DNA from: Albugo candida
Lineage: Eukaryota
Assembly: GCA_040437565.1 (NCBI GenBank)
Contig: JBDOQK010000051.1
Location: 62,001 to 126,000, forward strand
Reading direction: 5' to 3'
DNA length: 64,000 nucleotides
Both the position numbers and the translations under genes were made by a program. The notes below the pieces were generated by a model. That model was not told where the DNA came from. It saw nothing but the letters and a program-made list of their open reading frames with translations, and searched no databases. Below, in pieces: positions 50,305 through 62,409 of this stretch (within the stretch, counting starts at the first letter, position 1; the number at the start of each line of letters is the position of its first letter).

Positions 50305-53300
50305 TTATAGATATACAACTTTGCTGTACAACTCCGGTATTTGCCGACAAATCCGTTTCGCATAAAAAGACGAGATTAGCGTACTACAAAACCATAACAT
50401 AAAGAAGACAAGCTGAATGGAGGTTGAATGTTGCGCCAATGCATACAATCGCACTGATACCGTGTCAGTCCCTTTCCAATCCGATAATTTGTATTTCAGA
50501 ATAATCGTACTTGTGATACCGACCACTGTAATAACTAAAGTTAACCCAGTGTGCCGCTGCAATCGCAAAAAGCTCAAACGAACAATTCCAATCTCTTGCT
50601 GCTTTCTTCCCACACGCAATTCGAATGCCTCTTCCTGCGCTTGTAGGCCAAATTCTCCATTCTCGGCTTCAATCAATACACTTTCACTCAAATCATTCCA
50701 ATTACGCCATTCCCTATCGGCTGAGTCCTCCCAAAATCGACCAACACTCAAAGACAACCTCGCCAATGTAACCTTCAACACAATTCCAATAACGACCAAT
50801 AGAATTGTTGCGTCTACAACACTCGATAACGTCGTTGATTTGTTCATTCGCATCTCTCCGCGCTGAATCGCATAAAACGTATGTACACTCGCAGCACCCA
50901 ATCCACTCAACAAAGCAGTCACCCCAATCGCTGGTATACACATCAGTATCCGCTTCCAAAACGGCAGCGTCGTGGTCACGAATGCGATCCAATATAATGT
51001 AACTGCCCGAAATAGTGTCAATGTTGTGTGTCCGATACAATGACGCAATTCTTCAATGACGCTCTTATAACTTCCATGGATGGAAAATAGCGGCTGTGCA
51101 AATGCCAGCCAGTCAAGTGTCATTGCACGCGCATTGGGATCGAAAACATCAAGACAATAGAAATGGAAATGATTCACCAGTGATGCGCCCACTATCAAAG
51201 ACAAATAGGATACCAATAGAGTACAGCCAGCGAAAAAAGAAAGCCAGCGATGATACACGCGATCCATCCGCACTTCGCTCCAATCGATATAACTACACAA
51301 TGACATAAAATTGGAGTTCAAAATTTAGTCAATCAGCCACTTCAACTTGCTCAAATTTTCTACAAACTCACTTGTCTCGAAGCGCTGTCACTTTACAATT
51401 TACCATTCGGAGCACACACAAAGCAGTAAAACCGGTAAGTACTGCTTTAAGGATGAAAAGAAGTAGCAACCACGCGCGATCGGCAGCCAAAATTTCCATC
51501 GGTAATAAGAAGAAACTTGCAGTCTGATTCCCAATTGTCGAAATGTGTCTGCTGCAAGTATTCCATTGTGCAGGTGAAAACTTGTGCGCGTCGTACAGCT
51601 CACTCATATAAAAAGCGTCACTGAGATTCGCATGCGATGTTTCTTGATATATATTCAATAACTCTGCGATTTCGACGATCATATCCAAACAAAACCAAAA
51701 ATGAATGAGCATTTCAAGTGCAAGATGCACGTACGCGCTAAAGATCTCCCAGCCCGTATTTGTTATGGAGGCTCGGAAAGCTGGCTTCCCATTAACCAGA
51801 AGCGATCGCATGCATACCTGGGCAAATATGTCACTCCGATCAGTGCTTTCCAACATCCGAACTGCAACTCTCTCATCGCGATGAACCCATGCAACCTCAC
51901 CTTTAAGCTTGGAAATCTCCTTACACGGACCCTCAACAATCATTTCAACATGCGTCCCAACTTGTAAGCGTCGAGACGAAGCGCGGATTCGGTCTGACGG
52001 CACATGTTTCTCCTTCTTACCATCCATGTATTGAACTGTATACAGAAATTCCAGCGGAATCGATGCATCCACGACTTTATTGTGAGTCTCAATCGCTGCG
52101 ATCGTCGCGAGACGCACGTTTTCTCCATGAAGAACATCAACAAAAGTGCCCGCGATCAACGGACTTGGAGAAAAAAAGTTTGATGTCGGTATGGGATTTC
52201 CATTTTGTGTGGCGGAATTCCATACAGTCTTAGCAGCTCGAGCGGCCAGTGTGAGTGACGAGATAGGCTCGATATCGTGATCTTCGACTGTGGCACGTGC
52301 GACAACTGATTGCTGCGTCTTTGAAGAAGTTACTTCGTATTGAATGACACAAGTTCCATCGCGCACATTGACTCGTATGATTTCTCCGTGGTGCCATTCA
52401 GCGCGTCCACTGTGCGGATTTTGAAGTTGGAAACGCACATTGAGACCTTTTCGCAAAGGTGTGCGCTTCAGCGTCGCAGCAGCGTTTTGCAGAGCCCTCC
52501 GAGCGATCCTTTGCGGCTCAGTCCACAGTGACATACTACGAAGTTTATGGTGTGGAAGATTGGCATAACTCTTATGATTGGCTAAATCCTCGATGATGTA
52601 AAAGTAATCACGAACAGATATGGTTCCTGTTCGGCGTTTTTTACCCGTTCTCTCAACGTGAACGACGCGTCCACGACGACTACGATTTCTCTCTTGGGGC
52701 GCCGCAAACCAAACCACTTGATTCACCTGGAATGGGATCCCACTGCTCCTTGAACTCGCTCCGAATCCCATATCCTCTAGAAGCTTGGAAAACATGGACG
52801 GTGGCCATACCTGCTTGTATGAGACACCTTCTGAAACGCAGTCGTTGTCACTTTCGTGAATGATGTCACATAATTGTTTGGATCGATTAAGCGATTGTAT
52901 GCGACCCCGATGTAACTTTCCGTCCTGGTCCAATTCAAAATCAACAACTTGTCCGATATATAGCGTCGGTGGTGTCCATGTTGGCGATTGCACTGCATTG
53001 GTATGCTTCTTCTTCCTTCTTGAACGCACATCGAGTCTTCTTTCTTGAATTTCTTCATCGCTGGAGGAATCTTTTGCTTCCTCCTGACGACGTGTCCGAG
53101 GTCGAATCTCATTCCGTGGGTCAACATCGCTCTCAGCTGCAGCGCGATCTTGCGGAATTCGAATACAGCTTCCGGGTATCCGACGAAATACTTTCTCTGG
53201 ATCATCATTCGCCGCGATGTCGTAATGATCTCGGTCTTTCCGAATGCGAAGGATCGTTCCGATTTGCCAAGTAACAGATTCCGTGTTTTCCACTCGAAAG

Positions 53301-53863
53301 CATACGCTATCTCCGACCTTCCAGCGTCTGGATGGTTGGTCTGGAAGGTCAGCATCGCACTTCCTGATATAACGCACAGGAGTCTCTCTCGTGATTTTGT
53401 TGGTCATTGGATCTATCACATCGTACGTAAGAAGGCTTGAGGACCGGGATGAGATGATCCCATCGTGCCATCGCACGGAACCTCTGTGTTTTTTGCTTTC
53501 ACGAAATTGAATCTGTTCATCTGGCTCGAATAATTGGTGGATTTGAGACCAAGGAAACCGTTCGATTCGATCTTGATCATCATCATATCGAACACTTGCT
53601 TCATCACGACGCGTATGAATACGTACGAGTGTTGCAATTACTGCATCTCCATCGGTGTCTTCGTCGTCCTTTGGCGTATTCGGAACAACAACGCGATCTC
53701 CAACCTTAAAGGAATCATGCTCACGATGTCTCGATTTCTCTGAGCTACTTGGATGCCTCCGACGAGCCGTTAAAGGCTTTGTATCGCGGTCTTTTTCTTG
53801 GTCGCTTTGATAGTTACCCTCTTCCTTTTCTTCCATATTCGGCGACCCGTCCTTCTCGTCCAA
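50305..53863 (-). CDS. Protein of about 1159 aa: about 8 Tudor/Agenet/SH3-like repeats fused to a polytopic membrane domain, 2 exons
   Basis: Intron 51293-51371 (GTGAGT...TGTAG) joins ORFs 51368-53863 and 50305-51321 in frame; repeats of the form (F/W/L)xVGxxV...G.I.R....(Y/C)xVxYxD; many hydrophobic helices C-terminally. Confidence 0.8.
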
Positions 53864-53917
53864 TGCGCTCTATGAATAGCCACAAGATCGACTATCGCGT
53901 CCACAATTTATCGCAGT

Positions 53918-55102
53918 ATGGGAGCTGGTCTGGTAGTCTTGGACCATCAGCGTCACGCTGATAACTCTACAAAGCAAAATGGATATGAAAAGAATGCGAC
54001 CCAATCTCTTGTTCGAGAGAAAAGCGTGAAGGCGCTATGTTCTCCTCATATTCCGTTATTACGAGTGCAGAGAAGCAGCACGACATATCGCGGAAAGCTC
54101 GTTCTACTCGGTTTAAATGGAGCTGGGAAAAGTACACTTTTCAAACAATTGCGCGACGTATGCAAAGACGATCGGATAGCAGATATTCAGCATGAGAAAA
54201 TAACACATAATGTGCTTCATGCTAAAGCCGGGAAGACTGGTATTTTCAATGACGAGGTCGCGAGTGAGACACCTGGTCGTCTACGATGGTCGGCTTCAAG
54301 TCCTCGTCCTTCTGCCTTTGTTGCTCGTGCCAAAGCAAAAGTCACTTCAGCGATAATTTATTTTGACCCGGAAAGCGCGTTCCAATTGATTGTCGTACCA
54401 GGAGATTGTGTATCGCGTAAGACTTGGGCTTCCTTTTACGCAAATGAATCATCGGGTCATTCACGATCGAGTTTTTCTACACCCACAATCAATGCTTCTT
54501 CGAGTAATGATGATAGTTTTCCATTTCAAGCAGTTATTTTTGTAGTCGATGGATGCGATCAAATCCGATTTCCCACAATTGTACACGATATCGTCAAAGT
54601 ATATTTGGACATCGAAATGCGAGCTGACAGGATCGCAAGCATATCTGCTAGCTCTCCACTTCCATCCCTTTTGATATTATTCAATAAAATAGACGAGTTG
54701 GAAAAGAAAATCGTTGCAGGAACTTCGCTACTTCAGGCGATTAGAAAAGAGTTTAAACAATGTGTGGAGCATGAATTCAACCGACAATTTTGTCAGCTTG
54801 GATGTTCGGCACGAATCAAATCGGCTCGAAGTCAAGGTATGCTGATAAAAGGACTCTTGATCACCTGTACATGACAGGCTTTTTAAGGTAGCGTCGACGA
54901 CGGTCAAACTCAAAAATTGGGAATGAAGCATCACAATGCATGCAATACACGTCTGAGCGATGTACGGGGAGCGAATATGTCGGCATCGGTGACAACTCAC
55001 ACCAACAATTTGCTTTCTCTGATCTTGGAGTGCTCCTGCACGAATATGGAAAGCATACAATCAATCACGTCGTGGATTAAGAAAGAGATGCTCAAAGTAT
55101 AG
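53918..55102 (+). CDS. Divergent Arf/Arl-like P-loop GTPase, 2 exons
   Basis: G1 LLGLNGAGKST, AVIFVVDG, G4 LILFNKID, C-terminal ILECSC..ESI...TSWI; intron 54837-54887 joins ORF 54917-55102 in frame. Confidence 0.72.
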
Positions 55103-55148
55103 AATTTAGAAAGCATGTCAATACATACTCCAAGTATGTGTAAACCCC

Positions 55149-55505
55149 TTACTCGGACGCATCATAATCTTCATCTTCGGGTACTTGAAGCAGTACCTTT
55201 ACTTGCCGAGTTCTCTGCACAGTATCTGACCTGACATTTTCACATTGAAATACCACATCCAAATCTTTTGCTATGTCTTCTTCTAACGCATGCAAAAGTA
55301 TGCTTTCGGGGTCTTTACAAGCCGACCTTGACCGGCTCTTTTTGTTGCCTACAGCACTTCCTTTAATTTCATCAGACATCCTATCCGTAGAAGATGTTTC
55401 CCTGATCACCATAGTGCGTTTGTTTGTATCGATCTTCCCATCCTTACTTTCTAAAGCTATTGGTACGGTAGAGCTACCATCGCGAGGCCGTTTCCGTGGA
55501 AGCAT
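55149..55505 (-). CDS. Small hypothetical protein (118 aa) with N-terminal basic NLS-like motif
   Basis: ATG ORF MLPRKRPR that fills the space between neighbouring genes; head-to-head with 55558. Confidence 0.6.
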   Translation of the reverse strand: MLPRKRPRDGSSTVPIALESKDGKIDTNKRTMVIRETSSTDRMSDEIKGSAVGNKKSRSRSACKDPESILLHALEEDIAKDLDVVFQCENVRSDTVQRTRQVKVLLQVPEDEDYDASE

Positions 55506-55557
55506 ATTTGATTCGCCAATATACAGCTAAAATGTCTAATCTGATTAGTTCCAGCCC

Positions 55558-56895
55558 ATGCCTTTTCTACCAATCAACACGGACCTAAGTTCCATGCAAA
55601 TTCCAGAAATTGCTCAAGATCGCTTGAATGCCGCCATAACGTACCTGAACGATGAAATTAAAGCATTAAAGCAAGCAGATACTCCAGAAATGCTCTCCGT
55701 ATGTCTCGAGGGAATCGCGATAGATCCTCCACTTCCCTTATCTCAATTTGAAGACATCATAAGCCAATGGAAATTCCTTCCGGTGCCCAAACAATTGGTA
55801 GATACCGCATCGAAGTGGAAGCAAACCTGTTTCTCCATCGCTGAATCTGTGTGTAAAAGTGATAAAGATAAGCAGAATGTGAATGAAAGTGATTCTTCTA
55901 TCAATCAAACTGAGAATACGTCGCCGGAACAAAATGAAAGCGTTATGGCAAATGGCGAGGCCTCAGGCCTTTACGATTGCAAACAAGAGCTAAATTCGGA
56001 ATCCGAAAGTGTGAGAGCACATCGAAAGGCTGTGATGCTCGATATTTTATCTAAGATCACATCGGTCGCAGAATCGAAAGGATTTGTACGTTTTGTCTTG
56101 AATCTATACTTCTTATATCTGACCTCTATTTATTTGTAGAAGCTTATGAATGGAAGTGAAGAACAAGATCAAAGTCAATTGAATTTCTTAGCGATACAAA
56201 ATCGTGTGAATCAGAATCAGATACACGAGTGGGACATTTTCACTCAGCTTATCTATCAATATTGCCAGCAATTGATTGCAGGGTCCGAAACGGATGTCCG
56301 AGAAAAAGGCCTGGAATTGTTCCATTTCGCACGCACTTTGACGGAATCTCTTCGACACATAAGCGCGCAAAAAGAAAGCGAACTGAGGAAAAGCATATCC
56401 GACGACCTGAAAGACAAAGTACCGATTCAAAGCACACCGAATGAGCATGTGGTCCATTCCTCAAGTGATTCGTCCACCAAAACAGAAAAATTAGCGTTAC
56501 TCAGAAACGAAACCCAGAAGGCTGTTTCTAAGATGGACTCAGAATTCTCAGAAACAAAGCCAGCGACTCCTTCCGAGTGTTGGAATGAGTCACCACGATC
56601 TCAAAAAGGAAGGAGGAAACGTAAAGCAGTTCTACAGGCGACACGGATGAGTTCTCGACAACAAAAACGTCGAGCTCAAATCGCTGAAACGACACAAAAC
56701 GAAGACTTGAACGCAAAATCTGAATCGAGCACCGGGGCTGAAGACGAAGCAATTGAGGAACCTTTGAAAAAGCATTCGAAAGATCAAAATGGAGAAAAAA
56801 AAGACGTCAAAGTAGAGGAAGCGCCAGTGCTGTTGACGAAAACTGGTCGGCCACGAAAGAAACCGGGAAGAAAACCTGGAAAACGAAAGCATTAA
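55558..56895 (+). CDS. Hypothetical nuclear protein with C-terminal AT-hook-like motif, 2 exons
   Basis: Intron 56086-56139 joins ORFs 55558 and 56146 in frame; ends TGRPRKKPGRKPGKRKH. Confidence 0.78.
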
Positions 56896-56933
56896 GCAAT
56901 TTAATTGGATTATAACACGACCATCGATACAAT

Positions 56934-57577
56934 TCAGTCTGGGATCTGTAGAAACCGTTTTAATTGGTGAATCAGATGCTCTGATTCTCTATCGTTGGCG
57001 GTGATTGCGTAATTTTCTATCTCAGAGCCAATCACATCAAAGCCATCTTGCTGCATTTCATCAAGCCACATTCTGATCCGCTTCATTAAGTGTTCATCTT
57101 TTATTGAAGCCTTCCATTTTGGACTCAGATTTCTGAGTCAATTAGCATTAGGTTCGTGTACTTAATACAGCACGATACGTACTTCAAAGCCAACTGAAAA
57201 GGTTTGGTTTCTCGTGCTCGGCTTTTCAATTCGTATATCTGCTTGAAATCATACNNNNNNNNNNNNNNNNNNNNNNNNNNNNNNNNNNNNNNNNNNNNNN
57301 NNNNNNNNNNNNNNNNNNNNNNNNNNNNNNNNNNNNNNNNNNNNNNNNNNNNNNCGTATATCTGCTTGAAATCATACCAACCGATTTTGTCCGAGTCTCC
57401 AGCATACGAACGAAACAGACTCTCCGCTTCGTTTTGTGAAACAGATAAATCAAGCGCATTCAACACTCTCTGCAGCTGTAAACAATTTATGCGACTCTCA
57501 TCGTAACGATCTCTTCGAAAAGGTATCAAACATTTCCACGCCTGTTGGCATTCCCAAAGCTCCAGTTTGGAAAGCAT
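56934..57577 (-). CDS. Small EF-hand/calmodulin-like protein (degenerate loops), 2 exons, crossing a gap
   Basis: RINCLQLQRVLNALDLSVSQNEAESLFRSYAGDSDKIGWYDFKQIY; 23-bp duplication 57232-57254 = 57355-57377 closes the gap; intron 57133-57182 continues in frame to TGA at 56934. Confidence 0.6.
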
Positions 57578-57658
57578 ACTGAAAGTCAAAGGACGCAACA
57601 ACACGTATAACTGATACTACATTGTCGCTTATCTTCCTAAAATGATGTAAAAAAGTTT

Positions 57659-59055
57659 TCACATAATCCAGCACTACGCAACACCACATGAAATTCGTCA
57701 ACCTCTCACATCCTATACCCAACAAATATAAAACATCAGAGGCAACACCTACCGCATCGCTGCTTCCTTCCTCAAAATCATCTTCTGGACTTTCCGAACG
57801 AATAGCTGCCTCCAGAGCTTCCACCTCTTCCTTAGGCAATCCCTGAGCCAACGAACTAACAGGTGACCCATCGCTGTCGTACAGCACAGCCCAATCTCCA
57901 GAATGATTCCATGAAAACTTTTTCGTCATGAACGCATCTTCATCAGGCTTTACATCCGCACGAGCATTCTTGTTCCGTTTTGCTGAGAAAACTGTCACTC
58001 GAGCATGTGGCTTGATAACATAAGTACTTGGAAAACGAAATACTTGCGTTTCCAACTTCCCACGAACTTCCCAGTTACCGAGTGCTACCGGTTTTTCACT
58101 TTGATTTTCAAATACCACAAAATCTCTTTCAAGATTTAATTGTGCAATTCGAATCGGACCATCATTCTCCTGTTTCACACGTTTCCGATTCCCCTTCATA
58201 CCCGCCGATTTCCTTTTTTTCCCTTTTTCCATCGGAGTCGTCTTTGGCGTCGGGAGACCAACTCGTGTCTCTTCACGATCAAGAATTCGACGATACGCAG
58301 TGATTTCCGCATCCAAAGCGATTTTCACATCCATCAAATCATTAAATTCTTCTTCTTTCGATTGTTTGGCATACCGAAGTTTCTCCACAGTCGTCTCATA
58401 TACTTTTCGGTCGTCTTTATATTTCTTACGTTCTTCACGGTACTCGCGTTCCAGTTGTGCGACTTTATCCGCCAATGACTGACGAACCTGAAGTGATTCC
58501 TCATAATCATTGGCTGTTCGGTCCAATTCTTTCTTGGTGGAATCGAGTTCCAAAGAGAGTTCTTCCACTTGACTTTTGAAGCTCTGTACGACGCCTTCAA
58601 AGTAATTACGCACTTCCTTTTCGACTGCATGAATTCGTTCTTCGGTGTCTTTCTTCCAATTAGCCAATGACTCTTGGTGTTTTGCATTCATTTCCTTACG
58701 AATACTACTTATCTCAGTGTCTCGAACCAGGTCGAAAGTAGCACTTTTCTTGCGTAAATGTTCCAATTCTGTTGTCGCGTCACTGAGAGCAGAATCCAGT
58801 CCACGACGTTCTCGTTCCAAATCTTTAATACGGCGACGCACTGCTTGTAAATCAGTTGTTTGACGAGATAACTCTTCCTTGGCCGCTGTTGCGTTAGAGC
58901 GCTCTTTACTCAACTCTGACTTGAGCTGTTCCGTAAGCGTCTTTAAATCGCCTAATTCTTTGACTTGAGCACGTAATTTGACCAGTTCGACGTGCTGTTC
59001 TTGCTCCAAAATCTGTAAACGCGTTTTTTGGTCTAGTTCGTGATCCAATTTCCTG
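57659..59055 (-). CDS. Nuclear lamin (5' end lost in gap): IF rod, NLS, lamin-tail Ig domain, CaaX
   Basis: Coiled-coil rod ending LMDVKIALDAEITAYRRILDREETR; TPKTTP sites; KGKKRK..RKRVK; LTD DFVVFEN.SEKPVALGNW..FRFP..VTVFS..W...AVLYD..G; intron 57674-57752 gives last exon CWIM*. Confidence 0.92.
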
Positions 59056-59178
59056 NNNNNNNNNNNNNNNNNNNNNNNNNNNNNNNNNNNNNNNNNNNNN
59101 NNNNNNNNNNNNNNNNNNNNNNNNNNNNNNNNNNNNNNNNNNNNNNNNNNNNNNNACGGTAATCAAAAGTGTTCGCAG

Positions 59179-59554
59179 TTTGATTACCGTTAGAATTCAC
59201 CAAAGTGATTCCTTCCCCCTTCACTGATACGCTGTTTTGGTCACACACCTCGTTTGTCCGTCTATCGCTTTTGACACGTGCTAAACCAATTGCAACAACA
59301 AATTCAATCGATCATTTCAACGCGTCCTCATGTCGTCCAGTCAATTCTCGCCAATCAAATCCAAGCGCTTGGATTTGATTGGCGAGAATTGACTGGACGA
59401 CATGAGGACGCGTTGAAATGATCGATTGAATTTGTTGTTGCAATTGGTTTAGCACGTGTCAAAAGCGATAGACGGACAAACGAGGTGTGTGACCAAAACA
59501 GCGTATCAGTGAAGGGGGAAGGAATCACTTTGGTGAATTCTAACGGTAATCAAA
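59179..59554. repeat. Perfect spacerless palindrome, 188-bp arms, centre 59366/59367
   Basis: Arms read as exact reverse complements around CCAAGC|GCTTGG; 59156-59182 also duplicates 59543-59569. Confidence 0.9.
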
Positions 59555-61926
59555 AGTGTTCGCAGTTTGAAAAATGGACTTTTTCACGGATATATTTGAT
59601 TGGGTAGTAAGTGAGGCTTTTGTCCAATCAGATTGAATAAAGGAATTACACACAGAAGAACATTTGAAATTCAAATAAACAATAACATTTGCATTTCTTT
59701 ACGTGCGGTTCGCATGTCATAGAATTCTCATAAAATAGTGTTTTCAGCATTCAGTTATACGAATTCTTCGAATACAAAGAGGTTGTGCCTTATTGAGCGA
59801 TTATGTACGAGCGATTTGTATGAGTGGCTCAAAGTCTGAGCTGATGTATCGTTTGACTGTTATGTACGCCTGGTAGATCCGTACTTTGTATCTAGGTACC
59901 AGGATTGCCAGTCTGTTTGCTTCAATCCAAATGAATACAACGTGGGCCTGACCAAAATGTAGGTGTGTTATCGTCTTCTATTTAATCGACAAAGCTGCAA
60001 TTTAACTACGATAGCGGTAGTAGTATACGTGTTACAAGCAAATTTTATTGTTCGAATACGGCTACAAAAAGTGATAATGATCACCAAATTAGTATCCAAA
60101 GTGAAGCTTATTTGTGTCTTGTCATTAAGCGGCTTCATACATTTGATAAAAAGTGGTGCGATTACAGCACAAAAGCTTATCTTGTCTGTCCTGATATTAT
60201 ATCATGCTAGGAGGTAAGGTAACAGTTATGAAATCCGTAGACAAAATGCACTAATGTCGCCATTTTAAGGTTCCGCACAAACTTAATGCGTGAGCTAAAA
60301 GCCAACAGATACTATGTCATCTTTGACTCGGCCGTTCTTTAAAATAATAAAAGAGTAATCGTCGAGTAAAATACAGTCTTGGACCAAAGTACGAGCTGCT
60401 CGATGTTGCTTTTCAGTATGACCGTAGCCGCAAGCTTCCAGTCGGTTGTCCGTAAGAATTTACATCTCTCACAGAGACTGAGCTAGACGCAATGATTCAT
60501 TTCTTCAAACTCTTGTCGCAGAATTGAGCTCCCTCTCTACTAATCGCATATCGATGCTAAATGAATATCCATACAACACTGTCCTTCCTGACCATAATTG
60601 TATCGACTCAATCGAGATCACTCTGCTTATAAAGCTTATGCGTGGTACTGGTTGCAACCAAACGGAAACCAAGTGATTTTGTTGGTACAAGGGAGCTGGA
60701 ATGCAGAAACGATAGCATGTTGTTGTCAATACAAAAATCGTCGATCAGAACACGCAGTCAGAATATGCATACAATTACTAAACAAAAGCCTCGGACTTTA
60801 TGGCTTATAAGATCTCTTCTGCTTGCGATGAAGCCTATCATTCCATCATATCGATCAGTTTCACAGTCGAGATAGCGTTCAGTAATCAGTACATGCAAAC
60901 AAGTCGAGAACGGCAAGCGATGGAATTCCATCCAATTAAACGTCCGATTCAAAAGTTCGGCTAGCAAATTCAACGTGGAGAGAAAACAGTATTCTTTCTG
61001 CTATCTTGATTCTTTACTTGAGACAAAGTACTTTTACCATACATATTGTAAACAATTCACACGAATGGTTGGAAGGACATGGTGTACTTTTGTAATGTGT
61101 TACAGGAAAACATACTCCTCCAGAGCGCTTGGCCTGTGACCATAGTCATAAGCTGCAGGGTGAATGGAAAGTGACTCATATTAGTTCCATCGACATTTTG
61201 CTGCCATTTCTACATGATAATAGGCATTTATCAAGATGAAAGCGGGTTTGATTGGTAGCACTTTAAAACAGATTTCTACGAGAGAAAGAGGCACAATTTT
61301 GTGCACTATTACTCGCCCTCGTGATGTCGAGCGATTCCATTCATCGATTATTCATGTGACAATGCTCTACGTCATGTTGGTAGTCGCCATATCCAATGAA
61401 GATCACTCTGTGTGTGATGTCAAGATACTTATTTTCAAGCATTCCGCATATGCATTCATACATTCCTTCAGGTAATTAGTATGTTGGACTCAACTTGAAC
61501 GCAATTCATTCATTGCGTTATCGAATGATCTCTCAAAAAGATGTGGAAAGAGTCGCAGCCTTTCGGTGATAAAACCTCCAAGTTCTGCTAAATACTCAAC
61601 AGACTGCTGTCCTTTCAGATAAAGACACATGTGTCAGTATTTATCATCTAATGATACCCAATCCGGCGCCTGATGGATAAGAATATTCAAGTGAGCAAAG
61701 TATAGCCTCATATCTGCAGAAAATTTGATATATTGTATGGGAGTTTTGAATATTTGACCTCGATGTAACGATTTTCAGTCTGAGTACCGATCATTATCAC
61801 GTCATTCATTCGCATGCTTCTGAAAGATGTGTATCGGTCATGTTACTGGCAGAATCATCAGGATTGACTAAAATTTCTCGCTAAAGACTGCACGCATACC
61901 ACGAATGGTCAATAAGAGGTTGCACC

Positions 61927-62409
61927 GGCGTCCGTACCCAGCTCAGTTAAGGGTGTTCGCCCGTAGTAATTTTATTTAGACGCCGTGCTGTTACTACAGT
62001 TTGGTGTTATCTACTCTATTCTAATCACTAGTATGTAACGCTCTGAAGGGCCCGGTTCAGCTGCTGTACAGTTATTTTCTGGTGTAGCTACCAGCGGCCT
62101 TGACACGTCCATATCTTCATTGAGTTTGTTGATATTTATGGGGAGGAATCTTTGCCTCCGCCCAGGGGCCCCAGTACCCAGCTCAGTCGGTTGGGCACTT
62201 AAGCGCACGGACCCTTACCGGAGGTCGTTAGTTCGATCCCCGGCAGTGCGGGCAGCCGTTTGAGCCCACCCAAGTAATAAGATTCGAAAATATCTGCCTC
62301 CCTAGGTTTGAAATCAAACTTAGGTGATATTCACACGGTCAGGGGCTCATGATAGGATAAGGAAGGTAGCTAAAGAACCAAATAAACAGTGTAATGAAAT
62401 CCTTGACAA
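61927..62409 (+). mobile_element. Composite tRNA-derived SINE-like element (483 bp) with exact 16-bp TSD
   Basis: AATAAGAGGTTGCACC at 61911-61926 and 62410-62425; partial head GTACCCAGCTCAGT near 61934; full tRNA-like unit 62171-62252 with A-box CAGCTCAGTCGG and B-box GTTCGATCC; 3' end CCTTGACAA. Confidence 0.85.

Noticed and set aside
57498-57752. ORF-track C-terminal extension of the lamin overlapping the EF-hand gene
   Set aside because: Explained by read-through of a consensus intron; splicing gives the expected CaaX terminus.
62171-62252. Functional tRNA gene
   Set aside because: D-loop insertion, broken anticodon and T stems, divergence between copies, shared non-tRNA body and TSD indicate a SINE head.
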